A stretch of DNA of 64,000 nucleotides. Source: an uncultured Chloroflexia bacterium. Its GTDB lineage: Bacteria; Chloroflexota; Chloroflexia; Chloroflexales; Herpetosiphonaceae. Both the position numbers and the translations under genes were made by a program. Below the pieces are notes generated by a model. That model was not told the origin of the DNA, made no database searches, and worked only from the letters and a program-made list of their open reading frames with translations. The stretch lies in contig CAVYBW010000001.1 in assembly GCA_963767035.1 (NCBI GenBank), positions 2,502,547 to 2,566,546 of the forward strand. The letters are read 5' to 3'. Shown here in pieces: positions 48,137 to 56,889 of the stretch; within the stretch, counting starts at the first letter, position 1; every line of letters begins with the position of its first letter.

Positions 48137-48632
48137 TTTTACCTAAATCAAGCTTTTGATCAGTAACTGCATCAATGACCAAAGTTACCTGATCAGGGCC
48201 GAGCAAAATCTTATAATTCCCATAGACATCGCCCACAACTACAACATAACGATGGGGTGAAATATTCTCAAACACAAAATCGCCTTGATCATCGGCAACT
48301 GTCACCGGGCTTTGGGCCGTGTTGAGCACAAAATTAGTTTCGCCCTTCTCGTTATCATAGGCTTCAGCTAATTGGACTTGAACTTGGCTATAAGGTTGGT
48401 TGTTGGTAGGGTTACTGACATTGCCAAAGACCGTTGCGCGGCCACTTTCAGGATCTTTAATTTGGCCTAAATCATGATCTTGAACAGCGACAAAAGTCGG
48501 TGTTGCCAAGACTTCAGCCGTTGGTAAGTTACTATTAACCGTCGGTAATGGATTCGATGTAGCCGGCAGACTACTATCGCTACAACCAACCAATGCTCCG
48601 ATCATCAACCCGGTTAGGATTATTTTGCGCAT
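48111..48632 (-). CDS. small secreted lipoprotein with a carboxypeptidase-regulatory/transthyretin-like beta-sandwich
   Basis: 'MRKIILTGLMIGALVGCS' lipobox; 'YVVVVGDVYGNYKI'. Confidence 0.5.
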   Translation of the reverse strand: MRKIILTGLMIGALVGCSDSSLPATSNPLPTVNSNLPTAEVLATPTFVAVQDHDLGQIKDPESGRATVFGNVSNPTNNQPYSQVQVQLAEAYDNEKGETNFVLNTAQSPVTVADDQGDFVFENISPHRYVVVVGDVYGNYKILLGPDQVTLVIDAVTDQKLDLGKIKVDIFAP

Positions 48633-48658
48633 GGAAAGCTACCTCTTATAACACTAAT

Positions 48659-49399
48659 TTAGCGGCGCGTAATATGTAAGCGACTTTTATGCTCAAAGCG
48701 AAATTCGGCTTGGCGGTCGCGGAAGAAATCGTCAACAGCTTGGCGACAACCAGACCAACTAATATAGTCGTCGATCACCAAGATGCCACCTGGCACGAGC
48801 TGGGGCACAATCCGTTCAAGGCAGACCATTACCGAATCATACCAATCGCAATCAATATGGGCCAAGGCGACTGGCTGATCGATTTGCAAACTATCTTCAT
48901 ATAAACCTTTGACAAGGCTCACCTGATGCGCCTCAATCGGGTAACCAGCCTCGGCAAATGCAGCAATCACCTTTTGATCAAGCGACTCTTCGTAGCCATA
49001 GTAACGCCGATCGCCCAGCCCCGCTGATTGACCACTGCTGATCACCTCGTAGCGTTGATGCACATCGTGGCCATCACGTTCTGAGGGTGGCGGAATCATG
49101 CCAAACACATCATAAATTGCAAACGGGCGCTGTTTGGCTTTGACGCTGGTGATGACAATCGCAGAACCTCCAGCAGCACAGCCCAATTCGAGCATTTGGC
49201 CAGCAATTGCGTCTTGTTCAAGCTGACGAACCGCCGACCCAAGATCAATCAAGGCTTGTTGATCAAGGTAGGTTAAGTGCTGCTTTTGAACATACTCGAT
49301 GGCATTTACTAGCTTTGGCTGAACCCGATTGAGCGTCCTCAATTGCCATGTATTGATCACGGTTGGCTTAATGTTCTTCAATGCTGCTTTGATTCCCAA
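48659..49399 (-). CDS. TylF/MycF-family sugar O-methyltransferase (class I SAM-dependent)
   Basis: 'LELGCAAGGSAIV' SAM motif I. 'LAHIDCDWYDSVMVCLERIVPQLVPGGILVIDDY' matches the macrocin-O-methyltransferase family. Confidence 0.7.
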   Translation of the reverse strand: MGIKAALKNIKPTVINTWQLRTLNRVQPKLVNAIEYVQKQHLTYLDQQALIDLGSAVRQLEQDAIAGQMLELGCAAGGSAIVITSVKAKQRPFAIYDVFGMIPPPSERDGHDVHQRYEVISSGQSAGLGDRRYYGYEESLDQKVIAAFAEAGYPIEAHQVSLVKGLYEDSLQIDQPVALAHIDCDWYDSVMVCLERIVPQLVPGGILVIDDYISWSGCRQAVDDFFRDRQAEFRFEHKSRLHITRR

Positions 49400-49485
49400 G
49401 TGTGGCTACTCCTCTGTAATTGATGCTAATTAACCCCTCTAAACAAGGCTAAACCACCTGATTAACCCAAAAGGATTAGTGGATT

Positions 49486-50205
49486 TTAGGCTATTTTACG
49501 GGCGATTAGAGCATAATTTTTGCACATGCCAGCTTCGGTAAACTTATATTGCAAGTCGAGGCGACTAAACAGCAACGATGTAAGCACGAGGATTGGTCGC
49601 AGCAGCAGTGCTGTCAAACTTCCGCCGAAGCCAGCCCAGCCACCGCCATAAAAGCGCGGATTGAGCCGCAAACTGCGCACGGCTAAATCGGCCTGATACG
49701 CTAAGGTGCCGTAATAGCCTTCAAGCCACTGGGTTTGCACAACCTGAAAGCCTGCTAGGGTTAGTTGATGCTTAAACCCAAACTGCGTATAGCGATAGAA
49801 ATCGTAAGGCACTTCGTGTTCTTCATAGAACAAAGGAGCCGAGAGCCAAAGCGTGCCATTCGGCTTGAGCAGCCGCAGCATCTCCTTTAATACCTGCTGA
49901 GGATCGGGCAAATGTTCCAAAACTTGAGTCAGCAAAATCAAATCATAGCGCTCAGATTCAACCGGAACTGCGGCCAGATCACAGACATAGGTCATAGGCG
50001 CATAGGCTTTATCAACCTGACAAAAATCGGCTGATTCATAGTGCACATGGCGAAAAAAACGCTGATATGCCGCATCGCCAGCCCCGGCATCGAGCATCAT
50101 TTGGCCTGGTTGAAGGCTTTGGGCAGCCTGCTGAACAAACTGCTCAAGATAGACCCGCGATGAGTTTTTGGCATAACGACGCAAGATTTTTGGCAAAATT
50201 GCCAT
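49486..50205 (-). CDS. class I SAM-dependent methyltransferase
   Basis: 'MLDAGAGDAAY' motif I; 'LILLTQVLEHLPDP...LKPNGTLWLS' (Methyltransf_11/23-like). Confidence 0.7.
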   Translation of the reverse strand: MAILPKILRRYAKNSSRVYLEQFVQQAAQSLQPGQMMLDAGAGDAAYQRFFRHVHYESADFCQVDKAYAPMTYVCDLAAVPVESERYDLILLTQVLEHLPDPQQVLKEMLRLLKPNGTLWLSAPLFYEEHEVPYDFYRYTQFGFKHQLTLAGFQVVQTQWLEGYYGTLAYQADLAVRSLRLNPRFYGGGWAGFGGSLTALLLRPILVLTSLLFSRLDLQYKFTEAGMCKNYALIARKIA

Positions 50206-50329
50206 AGCAACTTCCTAAAACAATAGTTAACGAACTGCCGCCAAGCATACCATGCTGTTATGTCATCAGCAAACCATGGCAACTCCACAAAAACCAAGGA
50301 ATAATCCCCCGATTAGCCAAGATGGAGTA

Positions 50330-50358
50330 TTGCGCTGAGCCTATGATCTTGTGATACT
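50330..50358 (+). promoter_or_regulatory. candidate sigma70-type promoter for the secreted repeat protein gene
   Basis: 'ttgcgc' -35, 17-nt spacer, 'TGtgatact' extended -10; located about 70 nt upstream of the RBS 'aaaggag'. Confidence 0.3.
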
Positions 50359-50428
50359 ATAGGCAGCATAACAAGGGAATACCTAAAAGCGTTTAGGTAG
50401 ATTAACGGTCTTATAAAGGAGTTCATCA

Positions 50429-51847
50429 ATGACGTTTGCGAAGCTGCGTGTACGGGCAATGATGGTTGCATTGTTGCTTTCAATCTTTGCAGTAGGCGGT
50501 CGGGGCGTATCAGCTCAAACCAATGCCTATGCAACCGCTTTCACCACCTCGATCACCTACCAAAACATTGGTACTGGTCCTGCCAACATTAACTTGACTG
50601 TTTACAGCTCAACTGGTACCCCATCAGCCATTCCATCATCAACCTTGGCTCAAAATGGCGCTGGCTCATACTTCGTTGGCTCAGTAAGCGGCTTGGGAAC
50701 CACCTTCAATGGTTCAGCTGTTATCTCAGCTGATCAACCAATTGCTGCCACCTTGGTCCAAATCCCAGCAGCAGCTTCATCTGTCAAGAACCGCCCATTG
50801 TCAAATGGTTTCACTAGCGGTTCAGATGTTGTGTTGATTCCAACCGTTTTGAAGTCATTTGCTAACTACACCAGCAAATTTGTGATTCAAAACACCGACT
50901 CAGTTGCGAACGACTTTGTCGTGCAATTCATCACCTCAGCTGGTGTTGCTCACACTGTCAATCCAACCAACGTGTTGCCAAATACCTCAGTCTATTATGA
51001 CGCTGGTACGATTGCAGCTCTTACGGGAACCTTCAATGGTTCAGTCAAAGTAACGGCAACCAAAACTGGCACCAGCAACCCTGGTAACGCTGTTGGTACG
51101 GCCCTTGAATTGCAAACCAACGGTGTTGGCGCTTATGCTTCACAAGCATTCCCAGCAAGTGCTGCTGCAACCAAAGTGTTCATGGCAACATCACTTTGTA
51201 ACTTGGTAATTCCAAGTGGTGCAACCACCTCGTTCTATGCTGTGCAAAACGCAGGGACTGCTTCAGCAAGTGTTACCGTTAACTATGTTGGTACTGCTGC
51301 TGGCAGCCCAGTCAACGTAACCTCATCAGCCGTAACGATTGCTGCTGGCGCTAAGGGTAGCTTCAACCCATGTGGTTTGGCACCAAGTGGCTTCAGTGGT
51401 TCAGCAACCATCAACTCAACCCAACCAATCTTGGCGATTGGTAAAGTTAGCGGTGGTGGCTTGTTCACCGCATTCGAAGGTGCAACCGCTGGTAGCGCCA
51501 AGACTGCATTGCCATACGTTCGCTGGTTAGCCCCAGCTCAAGGTGGCCAACAAACCTTCATCGCTATTCAAAATGTTGGTACTGCTGCTGCAACCAACGT
51601 AACCGTCAAGTACTACAGCGGTGCAGGTGCATTGCTCGGTACCCACACCATCCCAAGCATTGCTGCTGGCGCTAAAGCTAGCTCAAACCCAACGTTGGCA
51701 AGCCCAAGTGCTTCAGGCATGGGTGTTGGCGGTGGTTCAGCCGTGGTTGAAGGCGCAGGCGCAACCTTGATCGTGGTTACTCGTGTAACTTCACCTGTTG
51801 GTACAAGCACCACCGGCGAAGACTACAACGGTATTCCTTTCAACTAG
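50429..51847 (+). CDS. abundant-type secreted Thr/Ser/Gly/Ala-rich protein with four ~85-aa internal repeats (candidate surface/sheath/S-layer-like glycoprotein)
   Basis: Signal peptide 'MTFAKLRVRAMMVALLLSIFAVGGRGVSAQ'. Repeats centred on 'ITYQNIGTG', 'FVIQNTDS', 'FYAVQNAGTA', 'FIAIQNVGTA'. Many N-x-S/T sequons. Codon usage (ggt/gct/tca/gtt/caa) resembles rpsT rather than neighbouring genes. Strong RBS and a strong terminator follow. Confidence 0.7.
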   Translation: MTFAKLRVRAMMVALLLSIFAVGGRGVSAQTNAYATAFTTSITYQNIGTGPANINLTVYSSTGTPSAIPSSTLAQNGAGSYFVGSVSGLGTTFNGSAVISADQPIAATLVQIPAAASSVKNRPLSNGFTSGSDVVLIPTVLKSFANYTSKFVIQNTDSVANDFVVQFITSAGVAHTVNPTNVLPNTSVYYDAGTIAALTGTFNGSVKVTATKTGTSNPGNAVGTALELQTNGVGAYASQAFPASAAATKVFMATSLCNLVIPSGATTSFYAVQNAGTASASVTVNYVGTAAGSPVNVTSSAVTIAAGAKGSFNPCGLAPSGFSGSATINSTQPILAIGKVSGGGLFTAFEGATAGSAKTALPYVRWLAPAQGGQQTFIAIQNVGTAAATNVTVKYYSGAGALLGTHTIPSIAAGAKASSNPTLASPSASGMGVGGGSAVVEGAGATLIVVTRVTSPVGTSTTGEDYNGIPFN

Positions 51848-51870
51848 GCTAAACCTTTGGTATTCCCTTG

Positions 51871-51902
51871 GGCCTGCTCCATAATTGGAGCAGGCCTTTT
51901 TT
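51871..51902 (+). terminator. rho-independent terminator
   Basis: 'ggcctgctcc ataatt ggagcaggcc' followed by tttttt. Confidence 0.8.
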
Positions 51903-51908
51903 GTACAT

Positions 51909-51940
51909 CCAAAAACGCCAGTTCGCTTGAACTGGCGTTT
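51909..51940 (-). terminator. rho-independent terminator for ilvE (minus strand)
   Basis: 'aacgccagttc gctt gaactggcgtt', with a T-run on the minus strand. Confidence 0.65.
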
Positions 51941-51960
51941 GGCTTTGGTGTAAGGTTTAT

Positions 51961-52896
51961 TTATGCTAGCACAGAGGTATAAACCGGGCTGCACCATTCG
52001 CGACGCTTGGGATCTTGGCCATGGGTTACCGCATAGTACAGGCTACGCAGTTGGGTAAAGATTGGCCCAATCTCGCCATTGCCAACGGCTCGATGATCCA
52101 CCTCAACTACTGGCGTAACCTCAACTCCCGTGCCACAAAAGAAGATTTCATCAGCAGCATAGAGTTCGGTGCGGTCAATCGAGCGCTCGACAACGTGCAG
52201 ACCAAGCTCTTCAATTGCCAGTTGCTTGATTACATGGCGGGTGATGCCTTCAAGAATATTATCGGTAATGCCTGGCGTATACAGCACGCCATTGCGCACC
52301 ACATAAATATTTTCGGCGCTGCCTTCGCAAACATGGCCATCTTGGGTCAATACAATGCCTTCATCAAAGCCATTTTGCATGGCTTCGCTCTTCACCAACG
52401 CTGAATTGACATACGAGCCTGTCGCTTTCAAGCGAGCTGGAATTGCATTATCGTCGATGCGGCGCCATGAACTAATGCCAACTTTCAAGCCAGCTTCTTT
52501 TTCAATGTATTTGCCAAACGGAATCGCCCAAATTGTGAAATCGTCGCTAATGTCGTGGAGCCGCACCCCAATGCCTTCAAATGATTTATAGGCCAGCGGG
52601 CGAATATAGACATCGCTGCGAAATTCTTCACGCCGCAATAGTTCGAGCGTGGTTTCGACGAGTTGCACAGCGCTATAGGGCAAGCGAATTTGCAGCACTT
52701 TGCATGAGCGCAATAAGCGTTCGTAGTGGGCTTGCAAATGAAACACATACAATTGCTCATCGGCCTCGTTCCAATAGGCGCGAATGCCTTCAAAACAGCC
52801 TGTACCATAATTCAAGGCATGATTCATGACACTGACTTTGGCATCAGCAATCGGCACAATTTCCCCTTTGAAAAAGGCAAAACGATTGGTTGACAT
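51961..52896 (-). CDS. ilvE: branched-chain amino acid aminotransferase (class IV PLP fold)
   Basis: 'FFKGEIVPIADAKVSVMNHALNYGTGCFEGIRAY', 'YIRP', 'VKSEAMQNGFDEGIVL'. Confidence 0.85.
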   Translation of the reverse strand: MSTNRFAFFKGEIVPIADAKVSVMNHALNYGTGCFEGIRAYWNEADEQLYVFHLQAHYERLLRSCKVLQIRLPYSAVQLVETTLELLRREEFRSDVYIRPLAYKSFEGIGVRLHDISDDFTIWAIPFGKYIEKEAGLKVGISSWRRIDDNAIPARLKATGSYVNSALVKSEAMQNGFDEGIVLTQDGHVCEGSAENIYVVRNGVLYTPGITDNILEGITRHVIKQLAIEELGLHVVERSIDRTELYAADEIFFCGTGVEVTPVVEVDHRAVGNGEIGPIFTQLRSLYYAVTHGQDPKRREWCSPVYTSVLA

Positions 52897-52929
52897 AGAT
52901 TCTCCTTAAACTAGGCAACAACAGATTCA

Positions 52930-53844
52930 TTAGCTGCTCGATGCAGCAACGGTTTGACGACGAAATGGCCATTTGCCATTCACAATGATCACGCCCAGCA
53001 AAATCAAACACAGGCCAATCAGCATATCGCTGCGAATGGCTTCATTCAAAAAGAGCCAGCCCCAAAAAATCGCGAAGATTGGCAAAATATAGGTCACTTG
53101 CGATGTGCGCGCAGCCCCAACTTGCTTGACCAACCAGAAATAGAGAATTTGGGCAACCCCAGTGCCTAAAATGGCCAAACCAAACAGCGACCCGATCGAA
53201 ACCAAACTTGGCATTTGCCAACTGTTGTGATCGACCACGATCGCGATTGGCAAGAGCATCACCGCACCACTGGCCATCTGACCAAAGGCTGGAATCAGCG
53301 CTGGCAAACTGCCAAAGTTGCGGCGCACATACAATGTGCCAATGCCATACATCGCCGCAGCAATAATACAGGCAATTTGGCCCCACGTATCCAAGCTATC
53401 AATGTTGCCAATCGAACGCGAGAATAGATAGACCACGCCCGCAAAGCCTAAGACAATGCCAAAGGTACGCACACCAGTCAAGCGTTCTGAACGCACAAAA
53501 GCAAAGGCCAGAATGATTGTCCATAACGGCGTTGTAGCATTATAGATCGATGCTAGACCGCTGGCGTTAGCGCCCATTTTGTGCTCGCCCCAAGCAAATA
53601 AACAATAGGGCAAGGCCGCATTGATGAAGCCAACAAAACCAAGCGAATACCAAAGCTTGCGCTCGCGCGGCAAACTAATTTTTTGCCAGCGCAAGACTGC
53701 ATAAATCAACACCGCAGCAATCGCCAAACGCAGAAATACAAAGCTAATTGGTGGAATAGTTTCAACGCCAAGTCGAATAAATAAAAATGATGCTCCCCAA
53801 ACTAACGCCAAAATCATCAATACCCCGGTTTGCCGCAGTGTCAT
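52930..53844 (-). CDS. EamA/DMT-family transporter (10 TM)
   Basis: Two EamA repeats. The start is 'MTLRQTG', with RBS 'aaggaagg' 9 nt upstream. Confidence 0.75.
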   Translation of the reverse strand: MTLRQTGVLMILALVWGASFLFIRLGVETIPPISFVFLRLAIAAVLIYAVLRWQKISLPRERKLWYSLGFVGFINAALPYCLFAWGEHKMGANASGLASIYNATTPLWTIILAFAFVRSERLTGVRTFGIVLGFAGVVYLFSRSIGNIDSLDTWGQIACIIAAAMYGIGTLYVRRNFGSLPALIPAFGQMASGAVMLLPIAIVVDHNSWQMPSLVSIGSLFGLAILGTGVAQILYFWLVKQVGAARTSQVTYILPIFAIFWGWLFLNEAIRSDMLIGLCLILLGVIIVNGKWPFRRQTVAASSS

Positions 53845-53933
53845 ACCAAAAATTCCTTCCTTGAAAGCCGAGCAATCTATCAATCAACCGAGGCTGAGCA
53901 GCGCTCTTTAAGCATCGTTTTGGATCACCAGCG

Positions 53934-55430
53934 TTACATCAGCGGGGTGGTTTCGCGCCAAGCACGGGCGGCAAGCTGGCCGCAACGCAAGACATGGCGG
54001 GTCAAAACATCACCGAGTAGGCGAATTCCGCGATCGATCATTTCTGGTGATTGGGTGGCAAAACAAAGCCGCAAGTGGGCGTTGCGTGGCGGTTGGGGAA
54101 AGAAGACGTTACCAAGGGTTACGCCAACGCCTGCTTCAATCGCCTCGGCGTAAATATCGGTCCCATTCAATCCAGCAGGCAAGGTCAGCCAGTAGCATAA
54201 CCCGCCACGTGGATGCGTCCATTGAATATCACGGGGACAATAACGGTTTAACGCGCGGGCCATCGCATCGCGGCGCTCGCGGTAGAGTTCGCGCACATAG
54301 CGCAAATGGGCCGCCAACTGGCCCCGACCAAGATAATCGGCCAAGGCACGTTGCAGCAATGGCGAGCAATGCAAATCGTTGCCACGCTTGGCGGCCAGCA
54401 ATGGGTGCAACAGTTCATCACGGGCAACCAAATAGCCCAAACGTAAGCCAGGAGTCAGAATTTTGGAAAAACTGCCAAGATAGACCACTCGCCCATTGGT
54501 ATCACGAGCCTTAATCGGATGAGGTGGCTGAGAATCGTAGCTCAATGGCCCATACACATCATCTTCTAAAATAATCAGATTATGTTCTTCGGCCAGTTGC
54601 AGCAGTGCTGCTTGACGCTCGGCTGAAAGGCAAACGCCAGTTGGGTTGTGAAAGGTCGGCACGGTATAGAGCAACCGTGGTTTATATTCGCACAGCACCC
54701 GTTGCAAAATATCCAGCCGCATACCTTGATCATCCAATGGAATGCCGATCAAGCGCACACCCAAGGCTGTAGCTTGCTCGATAAAGCCCAAATAGGTTGG
54801 CTCCTCGACCAAAACCACATCGCCTTGGCGCACAAAGGCCTTTAATGCCAACGATACACCTTGCTGCGCCCCAGTTGTCACCAGCACATGGTCGGGCGAG
54901 GTAACCACATTGCGATCAAGCAGCCATGTGGCAATAGCTTCGCGCAAGCATAATTCACCTTGGGTTGGGCCATACCCCAACGAGCTAGGGTCGCGTAGGG
55001 CTTGTTGAATCGCACGGCCAATTTCACGCACAGGAAAGGTTTCTTCGGCAGGTGAGGCTTGGGCAAAGGAGATCAGATTGGGCTGTTGGGCCAGGCGCAG
55101 CATATCAGCCAGCATGCCTTGGCTAATCCATGGCGTTTGCAGCTCATCAACAGCCCGCTGGCGTAGCTCATATTCGGGGATAATCGGCTTCGATCGTTCG
55201 GCGACGAAGGTGCCACGGCCAACGTAGGCCTCAACCCAACCACTCGCTTGCAATTCACTATAGGCATTATGCACCGTCAAACGGGTCAGGCCAAGCGATC
55301 CAGCTAAATCGCGTACCGGTGGAAGTTTGGTGCCAGCCGGCAAAGAGCCACTGCGAATCCGTTCTTGCAGTTGTTCAGATAATTGAATGTACAGTGGCTT
55401 AGCATGATGGCGATCGAGCTGGAATTCCAT
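53934..55430 (-). CDS. MocR/PdxR-type regulator: GntR wHTH fused to a class I aminotransferase-like PLP domain
   Basis: 'KPLYIQLSEQLQERIRSG...LPPVRDLAGSLGLTRLTVHNAYSELQASGWV' is the GntR domain. The aminotransferase domain has 'SFSKILTPGLRLGYLV' as its PLP-Lys region. Confidence 0.8.
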   Translation of the reverse strand: MEFQLDRHHAKPLYIQLSEQLQERIRSGSLPAGTKLPPVRDLAGSLGLTRLTVHNAYSELQASGWVEAYVGRGTFVAERSKPIIPEYELRQRAVDELQTPWISQGMLADMLRLAQQPNLISFAQASPAEETFPVREIGRAIQQALRDPSSLGYGPTQGELCLREAIATWLLDRNVVTSPDHVLVTTGAQQGVSLALKAFVRQGDVVLVEEPTYLGFIEQATALGVRLIGIPLDDQGMRLDILQRVLCEYKPRLLYTVPTFHNPTGVCLSAERQAALLQLAEEHNLIILEDDVYGPLSYDSQPPHPIKARDTNGRVVYLGSFSKILTPGLRLGYLVARDELLHPLLAAKRGNDLHCSPLLQRALADYLGRGQLAAHLRYVRELYRERRDAMARALNRYCPRDIQWTHPRGGLCYWLTLPAGLNGTDIYAEAIEAGVGVTLGNVFFPQPPRNAHLRLCFATQSPEMIDRGIRLLGDVLTRHVLRCGQLAARAWRETTPLM

Positions 55431-55815
55431 GATTGGCCTTTCACTGGATGGATTGTCATTTGAAGCTAACGGCGTAGGCCACTATTGTACCAGCCCTACG
55501 CCGTTATTGTCATCTAGGCCATGACAAGTGAAAATACAAGCAGGACAATTGGTAGGACAATAAAGACATTCAAAGGATTTTTGATTGTCCAATGGGCTTC
55601 AATATCAATCGGCATCCATGATTGTTGGCTAGCAGGGCTAAATATATTGGTAGAATTGGTTGATTCGTACTTATTCATGATTAGTTCCTTTATGGTGTAA
55701 TCGTTAGCTGGAACTAATGTATCATTTGGCTAAGACATTGTAGAGAGACAATTTCAGATTGTACACTAGGACATATTGTCAACATTTGTTAATAAATGTG
55801 CTTAAAATTGAGGAT

Positions 55816-56889
55816 TTAGGCTTGGAGTGGCAAGTAGATGCTAAACACACTGCCTTGGCCAATCTGGCTGGTCACTTCGATGCTACCACCGTGCAGATCG
55901 ACAATTTCTTTGACTACAAACAGGCCAATGCCCAGCCCTGACACATGGCTGCGGGCGGCGTTGCTAGCGCGATAAAAACGGGTAAAGAGGTTGGGCAACG
56001 ATTCAGGCGGAATCCCAATGCCCTGATCACGAATTTGGACAATCGCTTGCTGGGCATTGCGATCAACACTCACCAGCACTTCGGTTTGTTCGGGGCTATA
56101 TTTCAGCGCATTGTTGATCAAATTAACAAATACTTGTCTGAAACGCGTTAAATCGCCTGCCACATGGATGGGCTGGTTGCTGCTACAGTGATAACGAATC
56201 TGATGATGATCGATGGTGATCGCCAAATCATTGACCAAATTTTGCAAGAGTTGGGCCAAATCGATCTGATCGTGCTGAATATCAAGTTGGCCGGTTTCGA
56301 TGCGTGAAACATCGAGCAAGGCGGTAACCATCTTATTCATGCGATTGGCTTGGGCCTCAATCGCTTGGAGCGAACGCTGGAGCCGTTCATCCTCAAAGTT
56401 GAGCCGTTCTAAGCGCCGCAAGCTTAATTGCGATTGACCAAGCAAGGTGGTAAGTGGGTTTTTCAGCTCGTGCGAGGCAATCGATAAAAACACATCGCGC
56501 AAACGCACAGCATCTTGGGCCTGACGATAGAGATGCGCCTGTTCAAGCGCTAAGACCATCCGCTGGCCTAATTCTTCGGCCAATTCAAAATCAGTTTGAT
56601 CAAAGGTGTGCTGATCGTGTAAAAAGACAATCGCTCCACTCAGTTGATGTTGATCGCGAAATGGGATGATGATTGCCGATTGATAGGGCGCTGGCAGAGC
56701 GTGATCGATAATTTGGGCTTGGCCGCTCGCAATCGCCGGTGCAAACGCCGGATGCGCTTGCCAATTGATCAACGGTTCAGCAGCGCTACTATAGCTACAC
56801 AGTGGCTCATCGTCGGGATCAAGCACCAAATACAAGCCGCAGGCAGTGCTAAAACTTGGGGTTGGCACGCCAGCGCTGGTTTCTAACAC
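55816..56889 (-). CDS. C-terminal portion: GAF remainder, HisKA, HATPase_c
   Basis: GTG start overlapping the upstream stop by 7 nt, in another frame. 'ACGLYLVLDPDD...AIVFLHDQHTF' GAF; 'FLSIASHELKNPLTTL' H-box; 'VRIRDQGIGIP...GLGIGLFVVKEIVDLHGGSIEV'. Confidence 0.65.
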   Translation of the reverse strand: MLETSAGVPTPSFSTACGLYLVLDPDDEPLCSYSSAAEPLINWQAHPAFAPAIASGQAQIIDHALPAPYQSAIIIPFRDQHQLSGAIVFLHDQHTFDQTDFELAEELGQRMVLALEQAHLYRQAQDAVRLRDVFLSIASHELKNPLTTLLGQSQLSLRRLERLNFEDERLQRSLQAIEAQANRMNKMVTALLDVSRIETGQLDIQHDQIDLAQLLQNLVNDLAITIDHHQIRYHCSSNQPIHVAGDLTRFRQVFVNLINNALKYSPEQTEVLVSVDRNAQQAIVQIRDQGIGIPPESLPNLFTRFYRASNAARSHVSGLGIGLFVVKEIVDLHGGSIEVTSQIGQGSVFSIYLPLQA

